A stretch of DNA of 63,072 nt, filler included, from Salisapilia sapeloensis CBS 127946 (lineage: Eukaryota > Protista > Oomycota): the NCBI GenBank assembly GCA_023334545.1. It is 5 parts of 5 records of this genome, joined end to end, with 100 filler letters (N's around TTAATTAATTAA, not from the genome) between each part and the next. Parts side by side here need not be neighbours in the genome. Positions count along the whole stretch, not along the records: positions 1 to 30,171 come from JAADVB010000224.1; 4 more parts are not named here. One strand, given 5' to 3'. Positions 1 through 12,211 of this stretch are shown piece after piece. Position numbers and translations under genes: made by a program. Position 1 is the first letter of the stretch. The number at the start of each line of letters is the position of its first letter. The notes beneath the pieces were generated by a model. That model did no database searches and was not told the origin of the DNA. It saw only the letters and a program-made list of their open reading frames with translations.

Positions 1-298
1 CGCGAAGAACATGCCCTATGCGGAGTACTTTAGCTACGTTCGTCCTCGTGGCACCGTGGTGATGGTTGGTTTGCCTGAAGATAAGATTAACTTTGTTCCA
101 TTCACGCTGGTTCCGATGGGCCGTTGTCTCATGGGCAGCAAAATCGGTAGTACGAATGACATCCGTGAGATGTTGGACTTGGCATCCGCGAAGAACGTTC
201 GTCCGATCATCCAGAAGTTACCAATGTCCAAGGTGAATGAAGGCATCAAGATGGTCAAGGACAACACTGTGCGCTACCGTTGCGTGCTCGAGAACTAG
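1..298 (+). CDS. C-terminal part of a zinc-dependent NADP alcohol dehydrogenase (cinnamyl alcohol dehydrogenase/Adh6-like); 5' end lies before the window
   Basis: GTVVMVGLPE...GSKIGSTNDIREMLDLASAKNVRPIIQKLPMSKVNEGIKMVKDNTVRYRCVL matches the CAD/Adh6 C-terminus. Confidence 0.85.
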   Translation, partial: AKNMPYAEYFSYVRPRGTVVMVGLPEDKINFVPFTLVPMGRCLMGSKIGSTNDIREMLDLASAKNVRPIIQKLPMSKVNEGIKMVKDNTVRYRCVLEN

Positions 299-404
299 GT
301 AGCTTTCATCAGCTTTCAAGAAAAGTCAGAGGACGTAATACATTGATTTGAGAAGCGTATAAAGCAGATATGTACACGTTGAATTTGTTTAGATCGAAGC
401 TAAC

Positions 405-3400
405 TCAGTAGAGCAATGTCTCGTACCTCTCTCGGTCGTTAAAGTCTGGTGATTGTGACGCCAGGACAGGAGGATCCTCTTGCTTGACGCTTGTACCCAA
501 TTCCGAGTGGGAACAAAAGATGGCAAACTGGTGTACACGAGAGATCAGGTCGCCATTGATGCCAACGTAGTCAAACTTCCCGAGCAGATCGGTGTATCCA
601 TCTTTGTAGAACTCGGTGCGTTTAGATGACGAACCTGGCATCATAACTTTTGCATACACTTTGACGTAGCATGCCACGACAGGTACATTGGCTTTAAATA
701 CTTGCACCACGCCAGTCTGTTTGCTAACCACGACATCCAACTTGGAATTAAAGTACATTCGAGAGATGTCCATTGGAGGCGCCACGCTCGACAAGCGTCG
801 TGATGCAGTCACCTCTTGAACTCGAATGAGCACTTGACGAGATGCAAGTTCTTCCGGGACGGACATATCCGTCTGAAAAGCATCATCGGCTTCAGCTTCT
901 GAGGTAGAAAGCGATATAGTATGCTTCTCAATCGGCTGCGTTAGCACTCGCTTCATGCCGGAGCCTGCTTTGGCCGACAGAGTGCCGAACGGATCTTTCG
1001 AAAAGAGTAGCTCTGGATCGACAGGGTGAAAGGATACTTCACAACTACCAATGTTTTCAGAAGTGATATGGATCCTTTGGCCTTCAATCGACATGTCCAA
1101 GTGGAGCTGCGGCTTCGATGCCCTTGGCCTCGTACTCGACTCTTCCGAATGCTTTCCTTCCGTTGCGGTCTGTATATCACTGCGTCTCTCGTATGCGTCC
1201 AACTCGTCTAAAATCTCTTTCATCTGACTGAAGCGTTCTCTCCAACGAGGCTGCGGATGCTTTCTGTACATTTGAACATACTTCCGTGCCTGAGCAAACT
1301 TCACGTCCGACGACTCGGCAGGGCGGATAAAGTCGAGGTAAGCTGCCATGTATCCATATTGGACAAGCTTCTCGACTCGAGCTTTACTTCCGTCCTCGAC
1401 TTGCACCAACCGATTGAATAGATGTAGAGCGTCCTGAGGACGTTGGAACAGGACCATGTAATACGTCAGCACCAGCAAGTGCTCTGCGTTGAGCTTTGAA
1501 AACTGACCGAGGCGTTGCAGAATACTCCTGTACGTTTGTAGAGCTCCAGCATGAAGAATCGAGACAGCTTTCACAGCTGATGTATTTGCCATATTCACTT
1601 GACCCTTGACGAGATGCGCTCGACGAGGTAAGAAGGGACCAAATTCCGTATGGTCTAGTTCATCGAGCAAGCCGGATTGGATGCGGTTGTAGCCGTAGAG
1701 GTTCAAGGTCGACACGAGCGACGTTTCTACACCTTTTCCAATGACCCTCTGCAGCCATTCGGAGCTAGAAAGGATCTCTCGCATCGCCAAGGAATCACCG
1801 TGGATAGCAGCATACTTCCAAACACCATTGACAAACACCATTCGCTCACGAAGAAACGGTATGATGGCAGCGTAGAAAGTGGCATCACGACACCGCCAAC
1901 TTAGTTGCGTCAAATCTGCTTCGTCCATCCGATCTTCAAAGAGGTGTGTTGACAAAAACGTCAAGACGTCTTCGAGCGACCCTCTCGCAGCCACATCTTT
2001 CCATGAACGCATGTCCACTTTCGGAGCTTCTTGCAGCACCACGATTCGATCGAATAGTCTGCACTCTTCGTCTTCATCTCGAGCCCACGCAATGACTTGG
2101 TCATCTACTGCGACATGCGCAGGATAGAATGAGAAGTTGCCGATGGATGGAAAGTAAAAGCAAAAGGTTTCTGTCTTCGTCGAGTGTGGAGATAGGTAGT
2201 GCGTCTTGTTCTTGGTGTAGTACCCGCCACAAAGAGGGATCGACCCCTGTGGTATTTGCATCAACGTATTGGCACCAGCTATCGCCCTGGGAGTAATGTT
2301 CGTGACTTTCACTACGCATTTGTAGACTTTGTTCACGACAAAGTCTTCAACCGACGGCGCGTCCTCAATATCACTGTCGGCATCTACCACTCGTTGCTGC
2401 ACGATGACACTCGTGTTTGGCTCGCTGCTACAAGCGGCAGGACCCAAGCTCTGGTGGTAGAGGATGACAGGGTCATTTGCCAATACTTCGAGTCGAGATG
2501 CACTCGTTGACAGCAACGTCACATCCGCACCGGTTGGATTTGTAGGTAGCTCCAGCAGAGACACAGCGAGCAATCCTTCCGTAAGCGAGGAAAGTGCTTC
2601 TGGAAAGTAAGAAGAGATGAATGGGGCAGCATATGCCTCTCCTTCACTGCTATTAGCTTTCGCCTCTGCTGCTTCCAGTAAGTGTTTCGCGTATTCATAC
2701 CAGAACATGTTCCGTCCATCCAGGTGAGGCGTGCGGTCCGTAAAGAAGCGTTTTTCACGCACCTTTCTAACTTTTCCAGGTACGACATAAGGCCCTTCCT
2801 TGGTCTTCTTCTCTCTCGTCCTCTCAACCTCTTCTTCTTCATAGTCTTCCAAAGACTCATCGCTTTCGTTCAGTGACAACGTCAAGTCCTCATAATCTAA
2901 ATTGTCGTCATTGCTCTCGTAACTATAGTCACTTTCATCGCTCGAGCTTTCCGCATCGTCATCTGCAGGCCTACTGCTTTCCTGCTTCTTGGCTGCTCCT
3001 ATCTTGCTTCCTCCAAATGTATGTGCCTTACCACGTGCGCTCCTTACTGCTGCTGTATTAGCTCTGGTCCTAAACTCATCCGCCGAAGATGGGAAACTAG
3101 GCGCATCCAATATCTCATTGTTTTCGAAACGTTGATAGTTCATGTGTGCGCCGTGCGGGGCTGATGCAACAGCTATGGATGCAGTCTCACCTGCTACCTC
3201 ACTGTCGAGATGGACAAACGTCGGTTCGATTGCTCCTTGTGATATGACCGATTGATAGACATCTGACAGTTTACGACTGGGGCAATGATTCGGATACATC
3301 TTGCCAATCTCGTCCATCACGTGGTGGCAGATACGTCGGACGTCTTCTACTGAAGATAGCTTTACTGCTAGTAAGATTTTTTCAATTACGCACATTTGCT

Positions 3401-6400
3401 GGAACGGTCCAGGGACCAAGTACAGTCGACGGAGAGCGTCTTCGTCCTCTAGTAGCCAACAGTCCAAGAACGACGGGACAAGCTTTGACTGGATCAAAGG
3501 CTTGGCATACTTGTCAAAGAACGGCTTGTCCTTGTGATACAAGAAAAAGTGAAAGTCATCGCTCGCGTTCATGTAGTACATCTTAAGCTTTTCACTGGAG
3601 CGCTTGGAACGCCACTGCTTTAGCTCTTCCGACAAATCTGATACGTTGTTCGATCCTTGACACAACCGTTTCCATAGCTCCAGGGCGCTATCTAGATCTT
3701 GGTACAAGGTGTGCTTGCTGCCAATTGAGCACGAGACGAGATGAGAGGTATCCGAAAGCAGACACTGGTGCTGCTGCTGCTGCATATAATGTACGTCTGG
3801 CGGAAGCGCTTCTTCCGTCGACAAGCTCACATCGCACTTCGGAGCGGAAGACAGTGGCGAGGAAGGTTGAGCGTCCATCGACAGACATCGCTCTTGCGTG
3901 ATCTTTTGTGTCTTCTCCACATCTATCAGCGTAATGCTTGCTACAAAGGTCGTGTTGCTTCCGTTCGAGAAGAAGTCGAGGTCACTTAATGACAAGCTGA
4001 TGATGCCATCGTCCGGTATGAAGTCTATGTGGACAACTTCGGATGGCATCGACAGAAAAGCGGCGATAGATTCGTCTGTACCAAAGCGGCGCGAGGCGCC
4101 CACAGACATATGATTCATGCAACGTGCGCTGGTAAAGCAATCTTGTTGTTGCATGTTTTGGACATTAGAAAGATTTTCTTTCTTTCGGACTTTTATATCC
4201 TCCATATCGCTTTCAGACACGACTTCTGGAACTTGTAAAAGAGATGGAGGAGGTAGAGAAGACGCGCCGACAAAGTTCAGTGACGCCGGATCTGCTTGAA
4301 CAAGTTGACGTCTTTGTAGGACGTAGGCGTACTCATCGCTTATACGTCTCTTTCCAAGGTATTCACATACCTTCACGTCAACTTCATTCCAAGTATAACC
4401 CTTCACTGCGCAAAACTGAGCATCATTGATTTTGTGCTGAAGGACCAAGCAATGACGAAACTGAATGATCGCTCGAGTGGACTTGGATACGTTCTGAACC
4501 TTTGCTTGGTACACACAGCCTTCCATCTGGTTTGGATCCGTACGCAGTGTTTGCCAGAGGATCGTAAGTGGTTTTGCGGTGGATACTCTTATCGATCGCT
4601 GATTTTCTATACTGACTCTTTCGTCCGACCATGGAAGGTTGCTTTCAGTTTCCTTGTACACATTTATGAATTGACTGTAATTCACTGGTCGATACCACAG
4701 TTTGTACTCACCATGATGCTGTGTGTGCACCGTGAACAGCACTGGCATCTGCTCGTCATTTGTCACTATATCGATCTTGGTCTTCTCTGTCACGTCCTCG
4801 TACATATGTAACCCATGATAAGTTAGCCGATACAGCACCACTTGTTTCTTTTGTATCCACTCAGTCACATGCCGCTGCAGGGCGAACGGCACAGGTATGT
4901 CGACAGTACTGTTCGCAGCACAATAGAAATCGGACACCGAGTCCTTGTATACACCACCAACCGTCCACTCTTTCCGCAATGGGTTGATCCAAGGAGCTTC
5001 TACCTTCACACTCGTCACGTTGTCTAGTGATAAGAGATCAATTTGACCTTGTGCGTTCGCTTGCATCTCAAACTGAAGCTCTTCCTTGAGTTGAATATGC
5101 CCGAGTGTAACTTTCACATGAGCTTGTGGAATTGGTTCTCCGTTATGACCGAGGATCAAAATGCTGTATGTATCGTCCGGATGTCGAGCCAAATGGGAGG
5201 TATAAGTCGAATATGAGCTGCTGAAAGAGGAAAGTAGGAAGGTTTCGCTATGCCTTACGTCTGGAAGCTTAGACAGTGGCGTGCCATCATGTGTGACCTC
5301 TTCACCCATCGAAACGCGCTTCACTCGAGCAGAAAGAGCGATGGAGAAGGAATCTGTGTCATTCGGAATCGACAGCGTCACATCTGCAGATAACAGCTCA
5401 TCTATGGAATCAAACCTAAAGTTCTCGCGTGATGTTGCGACCATGGGTGCCTCCGATTGACTGCTAAAGTATTCTATCGCGACATTAATTGCCACTAATC
5501 GCTCCATTGTGACTTGCTTCTTTCTCGTCTTTTCAAGCAATTGCGGTGTAAAGATAACATGTGGATTACCCCCTGGGCACAGTTTCTCTTTTTCAACATC
5601 AAAATCGCATTGAAGATCAAACTCATCGAAGGGAGCTGTAATGCCCGTAGCAAAGAACGCAAAGTCGTCCTTGTAGATCACGAGCGCTTTCTTGCGGTCA
5701 TTGGAAGATGTACCTGCATCACACAATGGGAACTTGATGATGCCATCGGCAGTTGCGTTGGTCATGTGGACACTTGAACTACCAACATGCATATTTATCA
5801 GCGACGCAGACGTGTCCAGTACGGCTTTTCCATACTCGTCCAACACAGAAACCTCGTATCCAGTGCTTGTAATTTTTTCAATCCAACTGAAGAATCCTTT
5901 TCGGAGAATCGCTCGGCACGTCATCTCTTTTTCAAACACTTCGACAACAAAAACACCACGCTTTCCCTTGGTCTTCATATCCAAGTGAACTGGAATGCGA
6001 GCCTCTTGCAATGGGGAAAGATGACTAAGATCAATGCACTTTTCCTCATTCGGTAGAATGCCTTCCAAATGAATGTCGCTCTCCACTTGACGTTTCTTTC
6101 GCGTGTAATAGTCGAGTGTATTGATCTCGTACACATGGACATTTACGGATGGAAGATTGCGGACGCAGATGAAGAACACTAGCTCTTCGTCCACGTAGTA
6201 CACAGACGGATTCGACTTACAGAAAGTTAGATGGGACGTCCTCCCATCCATATCGAGTTTTCCTTCCGGCAAATAAGGCTTCAAGTCCAAAGGTAGCTCT
6301 TGGCCTGTTTGGATGCAATGCAAAGCATGTATACTTTTCAAATATGTGTCTCGAAAACAAAACTTTAAGGCACTCTGTCGCAACGCACTCATGAAGCCCA

Positions 6401-7787
6401 GAGCTAGCAGGCGTAGTAGCACGCTTTCCATGAGTTTTTCCTCGCCGACATTCGTCACGACCGCACAGAAGAGTTGCTCAGCGGTATCGGTGAGATCAAA
6501 CCCTTCAGGCGTCACGTTGTCACTAGCGCTATAGTCTAGCTGCGTCTCCAGGAATATGGGAGAAGGACACAAACGTGTATACTTCCAAAGTAGATGTGCG
6601 TTGACTTGGCGAAGTTTGGCGTATGAAATTAGTGCATCGTACATTTGCTTTGCGTCAGCATCATCATATCGACGGCTGAGCAATTCGAGCTTGTTATACA
6701 AGAGCACCATGCGGATACCAGCGAGCTTGGAAGAGAATTGGTCCAAGAACGATAGAGCAGGGTCTATAGAATCGATCTCTCTCTTCACTTTCGCACGGGT
6801 ATCCAGCATTAAGCTTTGATGATCCTCTTCCACATGATCTCGTATGAGTTGTATACACCGAATAGCAAAGAAAACGTTCTCTTTAAATGCTGTCGGTTCC
6901 AGTTGTAACAGCTTTCTCAATTGATCTAGGGATAGAAGTTTGTGAACGGTATTGTAGCCAAAGCCGCCGTTGACGTTGGTGATTTTGTTGTTAGAGGTGT
7001 TCAGCTTTTCTCGAACATCCTCAGCAATTGCCATGAGGTATCCTTTCACTTGAGTGAACTCGAGAGGGCATTCGCTTTGGAGTACATCAAGGATAACTTG
7101 TCTTCTGTCTTGCCTCAGGTTCAACTGATTAAAGAAAGTTTTGGTGAAAAGCTCTGCTTTCACGTAATCAGTTACGACACGAAGGAAGTCTACTATCTTC
7201 TTACGGAAGTTAGCAAGGTCGTTTGCTAAAGACCACTCTGTCACTCTGGTGATACTAATTTTCATAGCATCAATATCTTCCTCTTTTAGAGCTGAAGGGA
7301 GAGAAGTGCGAGAGGACGTTGCTTGCAATGCATCGTACGGAGGGTTGTCGTTGAAAGACAAGCCGGCTGCTTCGACGACCTCTTTCGCAGTGTTTTGCAT
7401 CTTTTCGAGGGATTCCGATACGAGCATTTCAGTTTCAAGCTTGAGAAGATTGCTCCGATGTTGCAGTCGAGCTGCCTTCTTCGTGCAGAATTGATTTTTA
7501 AGTTCTTTCACAATCGAATCAAATGAAGGAGGCAGAAGATTGGATGTCGGATCGTACGTATTAGAACAAAGTTTTTCTTGCGCTTGGAGGACGTCACATA
7601 GTCCATTATAGTAACTAGACAAAGGCGATGTCGTGGAGAACTGGTCCTTTACTAGCGTACGCTTGGCATCGATCGTCGTTGCAAAGGCAAAAGCCTCTTC
7701 GAACGAAAGTCGAGTCGCCTCATCCTCTGCTTGCCAGCCTTCCGCAGCTAACTGCGTTTCGTACGTGTCATCTTCTGGTGGAAGCAT
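405..7787 (-). CDS. Very large (2460 aa) intronless protein with macroglobulin-like beta-rich segments and a helical/TPR-like C-terminal region; resembles, from memory, the Dictyostelium AbpF-like / bacterial giant-protein family
   Basis: One uninterrupted 7.4-kb ORF; LMQIPQGSIPL, FCFYFPSIGNFSFYPAHV (A2M C-terminal-like), terminal YVKVYAK...FYKDGYTDLLGKFDY; acidic linker; no signal peptide. The family assignment was not checked by search. Confidence 0.7.
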   Translation of the reverse strand: MLPPEDDTYETQLAAEGWQAEDEATRLSFEEAFAFATTIDAKRTLVKDQFSTTSPLSSYYNGLCDVLQAQEKLCSNTYDPTSNLLPPSFDSIVKELKNQFCTKKAARLQHRSNLLKLETEMLVSESLEKMQNTAKEVVEAAGLSFNDNPPYDALQATSSRTSLPSALKEEDIDAMKISITRVTEWSLANDLANFRKKIVDFLRVVTDYVKAELFTKTFFNQLNLRQDRRQVILDVLQSECPLEFTQVKGYLMAIAEDVREKLNTSNNKITNVNGGFGYNTVHKLLSLDQLRKLLQLEPTAFKENVFFAIRCIQLIRDHVEEDHQSLMLDTRAKVKREIDSIDPALSFLDQFSSKLAGIRMVLLYNKLELLSRRYDDADAKQMYDALISYAKLRQVNAHLLWKYTRLCPSPIFLETQLDYSASDNVTPEGFDLTDTAEQLFCAVVTNVGEEKLMESVLLRLLALGFMSALRQSALKFCFRDTYLKSIHALHCIQTGQELPLDLKPYLPEGKLDMDGRTSHLTFCKSNPSVYYVDEELVFFICVRNLPSVNVHVYEINTLDYYTRKKRQVESDIHLEGILPNEEKCIDLSHLSPLQEARIPVHLDMKTKGKRGVFVVEVFEKEMTCRAILRKGFFSWIEKITSTGYEVSVLDEYGKAVLDTSASLINMHVGSSSVHMTNATADGIIKFPLCDAGTSSNDRKKALVIYKDDFAFFATGITAPFDEFDLQCDFDVEKEKLCPGGNPHVIFTPQLLEKTRKKQVTMERLVAINVAIEYFSSQSEAPMVATSRENFRFDSIDELLSADVTLSIPNDTDSFSIALSARVKRVSMGEEVTHDGTPLSKLPDVRHSETFLLSSFSSSYSTYTSHLARHPDDTYSILILGHNGEPIPQAHVKVTLGHIQLKEELQFEMQANAQGQIDLLSLDNVTSVKVEAPWINPLRKEWTVGGVYKDSVSDFYCAANSTVDIPVPFALQRHVTEWIQKKQVVLYRLTYHGLHMYEDVTEKTKIDIVTNDEQMPVLFTVHTQHHGEYKLWYRPVNYSQFINVYKETESNLPWSDERVSIENQRSIRVSTAKPLTILWQTLRTDPNQMEGCVYQAKVQNVSKSTRAIIQFRHCLVLQHKINDAQFCAVKGYTWNEVDVKVCEYLGKRRISDEYAYVLQRRQLVQADPASLNFVGASSLPPPSLLQVPEVVSESDMEDIKVRKKENLSNVQNMQQQDCFTSARCMNHMSVGASRRFGTDESIAAFLSMPSEVVHIDFIPDDGIISLSLSDLDFFSNGSNTTFVASITLIDVEKTQKITQERCLSMDAQPSSPLSSAPKCDVSLSTEEALPPDVHYMQQQQHQCLLSDTSHLVSCSIGSKHTLYQDLDSALELWKRLCQGSNNVSDLSEELKQWRSKRSSEKLKMYYMNASDDFHFFLYHKDKPFFDKYAKPLIQSKLVPSFLDCWLLEDEDALRRLYLVPGPFQQMCVIEKILLAVKLSSVEDVRRICHHVMDEIGKMYPNHCPSRKLSDVYQSVISQGAIEPTFVHLDSEVAGETASIAVASAPHGAHMNYQRFENNEILDAPSFPSSADEFRTRANTAAVRSARGKAHTFGGSKIGAAKKQESSRPADDDAESSSDESDYSYESNDDNLDYEDLTLSLNESDESLEDYEEEEVERTREKKTKEGPYVVPGKVRKVREKRFFTDRTPHLDGRNMFWYEYAKHLLEAAEAKANSSEGEAYAAPFISSYFPEALSSLTEGLLAVSLLELPTNPTGADVTLLSTSASRLEVLANDPVILYHQSLGPAACSSEPNTSVIVQQRVVDADSDIEDAPSVEDFVVNKVYKCVVKVTNITPRAIAGANTLMQIPQGSIPLCGGYYTKNKTHYLSPHSTKTETFCFYFPSIGNFSFYPAHVAVDDQVIAWARDEDEECRLFDRIVVLQEAPKVDMRSWKDVAARGSLEDVLTFLSTHLFEDRMDEADLTQLSWRCRDATFYAAIIPFLRERMVFVNGVWKYAAIHGDSLAMREILSSSEWLQRVIGKGVETSLVSTLNLYGYNRIQSGLLDELDHTEFGPFLPRRAHLVKGQVNMANTSAVKAVSILHAGALQTYRSILQRLGQFSKLNAEHLLVLTYYMVLFQRPQDALHLFNRLVQVEDGSKARVEKLVQYGYMAAYLDFIRPAESSDVKFAQARKYVQMYRKHPQPRWRERFSQMKEILDELDAYERRSDIQTATEGKHSEESSTRPRASKPQLHLDMSIEGQRIHITSENIGSCEVSFHPVDPELLFSKDPFGTLSAKAGSGMKRVLTQPIEKHTISLSTSEAEADDAFQTDMSVPEELASRQVLIRVQEVTASRRLSSVAPPMDISRMYFNSKLDVVVSKQTGVVQVFKANVPVVACYVKVYAKVMMPGSSSKRTEFYKDGYTDLLGKFDYVGINGDLISRVHQFAIFCSHSELGTSVKQEDPPVLASQSPDFNDRERYETLLY

Positions 7788-9441
7788 ACGTGCTTTATGT
7801 ACAGGTTGCTAGGAAGGTTCCTTCAGATGAGGGGGAGAAAGCAGATTGGGAAGTGAGCGAAAGCGTGGAGATCGTGTGGGTACAAAAAGATTTTTTTTTG
7901 AAGTTCATATAGGTATTGACGCATTAAATTAATAGAAGATCGAAGCACCTGAGCTACGTTCCACTTTAAAGTGAGTTGCCGCTATTGATGGAGTAAGCGG
8001 TTCTTTGAATCACCTCGCAATCCCCCAAGATGGCACCAAGCCCAGATCTGGCTTACCAGGGGAGCCAGAACGACTCAAAAACCTGGAAATTAGATACTGC
8101 TCTTAAAGCAATAATCACAAGGACTATATACATATTCTATATTTGCATAGTAAAGGATAACTAAATCACTCTCCTCTTCCGAAGCTCAGACTGGTCATTC
8201 CAACAGCTACGATGGAAGTATGTGCCTAATTTTAGTATCAACGAGAGCACGAGTGGAAATCATGCACGAAGTATTGAGGGAGTACACGATAAAGAAAGAG
8301 TTCATCCTTATCAGAAGACTGAAATAAAGTATGATTGCAAAGTCTCGGTTCAAATCGATATCCGCAATCAGGCTCACTTTATTTTTCCCAACTTTGCAAA
8401 GTCTCTTATCAGACTCATCGAATAGTACGAGCTTTCCCAAGGTTCTGTAAAATCCTGAGTCGCTGGAGTTGTGGCTTTGACCTGGAGCAGTTCGGTGTAC
8501 TCTTATCTATCCTAACACAGCGCATGGTTGTTACTTAGTACAAATAGCGAATCTATCAAGCTAGCGGATATCACGATTGCAATTAAAAGCAGCATGATTT
8601 CCTTCTCAGTGCGAGGTCTCTCTCGTTGCCCCAACGCTGTGCATAGGCGGATCATCATATCATGCAAGCTGACAGCGCGAAAACTTTGCTGATACATCAA
8701 GGTCTGGACCCGATGTTATTCTTATTCTAATGTCCTTGTACCTATGAAATGTATCTAAAGCGGTGCTTGGAGTGCTCCCAGTCAGATCAAGTGCTGCACA
8801 GTTGCTGTTTTTACTTCCATTGGGGCCGAATAAGCCAAATCACCGGTAATCTGGTGCATATTAATCCGGGATCCGACTTTGAAGCCGACCGTCTTCGTTT
8901 GCTGAACGAGTAGAACAGTTTGTATTATTTGGGAAGAAAATGCCACATTTGTTGCAGGAGTATCGTTTGAAAGCATATTGCTCGTGCGCTTTATTGGAAG
9001 TTGGCACGCGTGCGGGTCAGCCTGGACAAAGAGTGAAAAAGGAGATGCTAACATTGCAATTAGCCGAAGGGATCACGCTGGCACGTGCATCTTCGGCAAA
9101 GGAAAAGAATCGTAGCTAGCGAATCTAAGACACAAAATAAATTCACTTTCTACAGAGAAGAACGGAACTCGCGACAGCATGTTATGATCTTTCGCAATCC
9201 TCACTTTTGATTTAGTCTAGAGCCACCAACTGCGGAAGCTTGTGATGCAACGACCGCATAAAATATTTGCCAGTAGCAGTAAAGAGGGTTCCTAACGGGT
9301 TAGAAACCCTACAAGCCGTTGCCAGTCTTGGTACTCTAATTATAGACTGTATAGAAACGTCTCTAGATCGTAAAGCTCCAAGCGATAGACCAGAAAAGAC
9401 ACTAAAAGCTTTTCAGTGAGAGAGAGGTCAAAAAGGCAACG

Positions 9442-11297
9442 ATGTTTAAACGAAAGATAGATCGCGCTTGCTCAGTGATCGTGTCCAAGGTCAGCTGGAT
9501 GGTAGATCTGTATCTCAAGATCCAAATCTACAACAAAGGCGCGTACAAGGTTGAGAGGTTACAATCAATGAAGGAGTACTGCGAAACAGTATCTTTTCTA
9601 CGTGTCCTCTTCGTTTGCGCTGTGGCACCACTTCCAGCTTTGATTTTATCTATTGGGATCGAAATGATCCCTTTGGCTTCCCCACTCGCAACTTGGGACG
9701 AAAATTATGCCTTTTGGATTCGTTTATTCGTCCTTGCCCTCTGTGATGCGTCTGGGTTTACCCTTCAAATTTCACCTCAACTCCACATTATTCAAATTAC
9801 CCGCTGGAAAATCCTTCTGATAATCTTCTTGGACAGTGCTATCATCACTAGCCTGTACATGCTGGGCTCAGCTCTCTGGGTATTTCCATTTCCTTTTGGA
9901 ATAGTGTTCATTGCTGTTCCATTTTCGAGCATCTATTCTGTGCTTCTAATTGCTTTCTCGGATTGGCGAAGTCTTCGAAACTCTCCAGAAAAAGTGAAGA
10001 TCTTGTCGAGGGAACTCTGGGTGTTTATAATTAATTTATGCACTGTCGTGGTATATGTTGCGTTCAACGCCATCTTCCAATCAATGTCAGCGTCAGATCA
10101 AGTTTTCGCAGTACCCCTATTACCTTTGCTCAAGATATTCATGAAGAATGTTTATGCATGGGCAGTCTCCAACAGACAGGAAGCAATTCCAGAAGCTACT
10201 ATCTTCAGTGTGGAGGTAACAATTTCAAATCAATTTATAAATTTTCACCTTCGTAGATTAATTTTAATGGTGCAGGTGTTTAACGCTCTCTTCGTCTCCA
10301 TTTGTATGCAAACGGCAGGCAGCATTGCAACTACCATATTTATTATTTCCATCGACGCTGCCCAAGTTATTTTTTCGTTGATGGAAATGCAGCATGATAG
10401 CAAAGCTTTGCTCGTTGAGATTGAGCGGTGCAAAACAATTTGTCGGTCTCAGAATAACTTACTGGCAATCGTGCTAGAGTTGAGTAATAAGTCCAATGTG
10501 AAGAAGAGAAAATTACTACATGAGAAAGAATCTAAAGCGGAGACAAGAGCTGCAAAACCTACCTTACGTGGGCCCCAAAAGACGAAATTATTACCTTTAC
10601 ACTTACCTACGAAAAATAAGAAGATAAAGGTGAATCAAGTTGTCGCTTATCAAGATGAGCCGCTGGCAGATCCTGCAGGGGATAAAGATTCTGATCGGTC
10701 ATCAGGCAATGATTTTGCTTCTGAAGTGGTTGCGAATAATGCAGACTATGCAAGAGAAGATGCTATTATAGATGAGGCTCTAAAGCTCTTATTTCATGTA
10801 GAGTATTGTCTCCTGTCAGAGTACTGTGAAGTCGTACTTCCAATCGTGTATCTCATATACCTTGTCATCCTTTACCAGCTCCCGAACGCTGCTTACTATG
10901 AGCACTCTCGCAACCTTACAAGTGAGAACTTGCTAGCGGTGTTGATCAATCTCTCGGTTTTCATCTTGATGGAATTACTATCACTGATTATTCTGCATTA
11001 CCTGCTAAGGAATCGATTTAAGTTTTCACCGCTACGTCAGCTCGCATATATACTGGAAGATGAGTTCAAGCAAATACAAGGCCGAATGATGCTCTTTGTG
11101 ACTTATGTTCTGGGCTTCACTCTGATGCATTTTGGTACGTACAGTACTATTCAATCCCTAGCTTTTGGTATTTCTTGCCCCAGTTATCAGTGATCTTACT
11201 TTTATATGTGCTTCGGTATCTTCCATTAGGAGTCGACTTTACGTTCAAGTTCGATTGGGCGGGACAACTTGCTAGTGGTTCTGTAGACTCACCATAA
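9442..11297 (+). CDS. Oomycete-type multi-pass membrane protein of unknown function; probable in-frame intron 10216-10275 and intron 11135-11229
   Basis: 583-aa ORF with many hydrophobic helices; YKVERLQSMKEYC N-terminus. Splicing gives FSVE|VFNAL and the C-terminus HFG|VDFTFKFDW, as typical for this family. Confidence 0.8.
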
Positions 11298-12211
11298 CCT
11301 ACATCATCCCGACATCTACATGCGTAGAAATCAGCATATTTCTATTCCAGATGTACGAAACTACATCGATAACGAATATAAGACTTAACAGGTTTCAAAG
11401 ATGTCTTTTAATCTCTTTTGAATCTAGACCAAACGCGATATGCTCACCAAAGCTACAGTATTGAACAATGCGTTCGACTATATCATGGTGAGCGTTGAAT
11501 CTACGAGCATGCCAAGTCGCAGCATTTAGATAAATAACCACCATAGTAAAATTTCATGTTCGTTTTCACAGATTTCTTCTCCTTTCGCGTGTTAGCAAGG
11601 TCTACTTTGGAAGATGCTTTTCCAGCTCGTTCCAGTAAAAGCAGGTAGTATTTATCCTGGGTGTAATGCGAGAAATCTATAGCTCCTTATCGCATTTCAA
11701 CCCAATTTTGAAGATCCCATTCTGAATGTCGACCCCTCTAATTTCTGTTCTTCTTCCATGCTTATCAAACAACAAACTTCCATTACACTAGGCTAGGCAC
11801 GAGTACGTCAAAATGACCTGATTTTAGTGTCTATGCCGACGACCAAGTACTGAAGGATACCACAAACTAGTTCATCTCTATTTTGCATGTAAAAGATATA
11901 ACATCCGCGTTGGAGATACGAATCAACTCTGGTAATGGATACGAAGCCATGTTCATGTTTGCCAATTTCTCGTCATGTTTGTTGCCCACGCTGTACAAAA
12001 AGCAAGTTAGAAGGTTGAAGTGGACACTTCAAGCAGTTTGATAATTTTGCGAGATACGCTATCAGTAGTTCGAGGAGAGTGGGACTAGAATCTATTCCCT
12101 CGGAGGTTACACAGGCTACGGAACTGAAGGATTGAAGAACGTAATGTGTCTAGATCAGTGTGACCTTGAGCCATCTCTCAATTAGCACGCTGCCATCGTA
12201 GTAAAGCCATG

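Noticed and set aside
8200-9060. Short hydrophobic minus-strand ORF fragments that might be a decayed membrane-protein gene
   Set aside because: No family recognised and frames are discontinuous; tBLASTn would be needed
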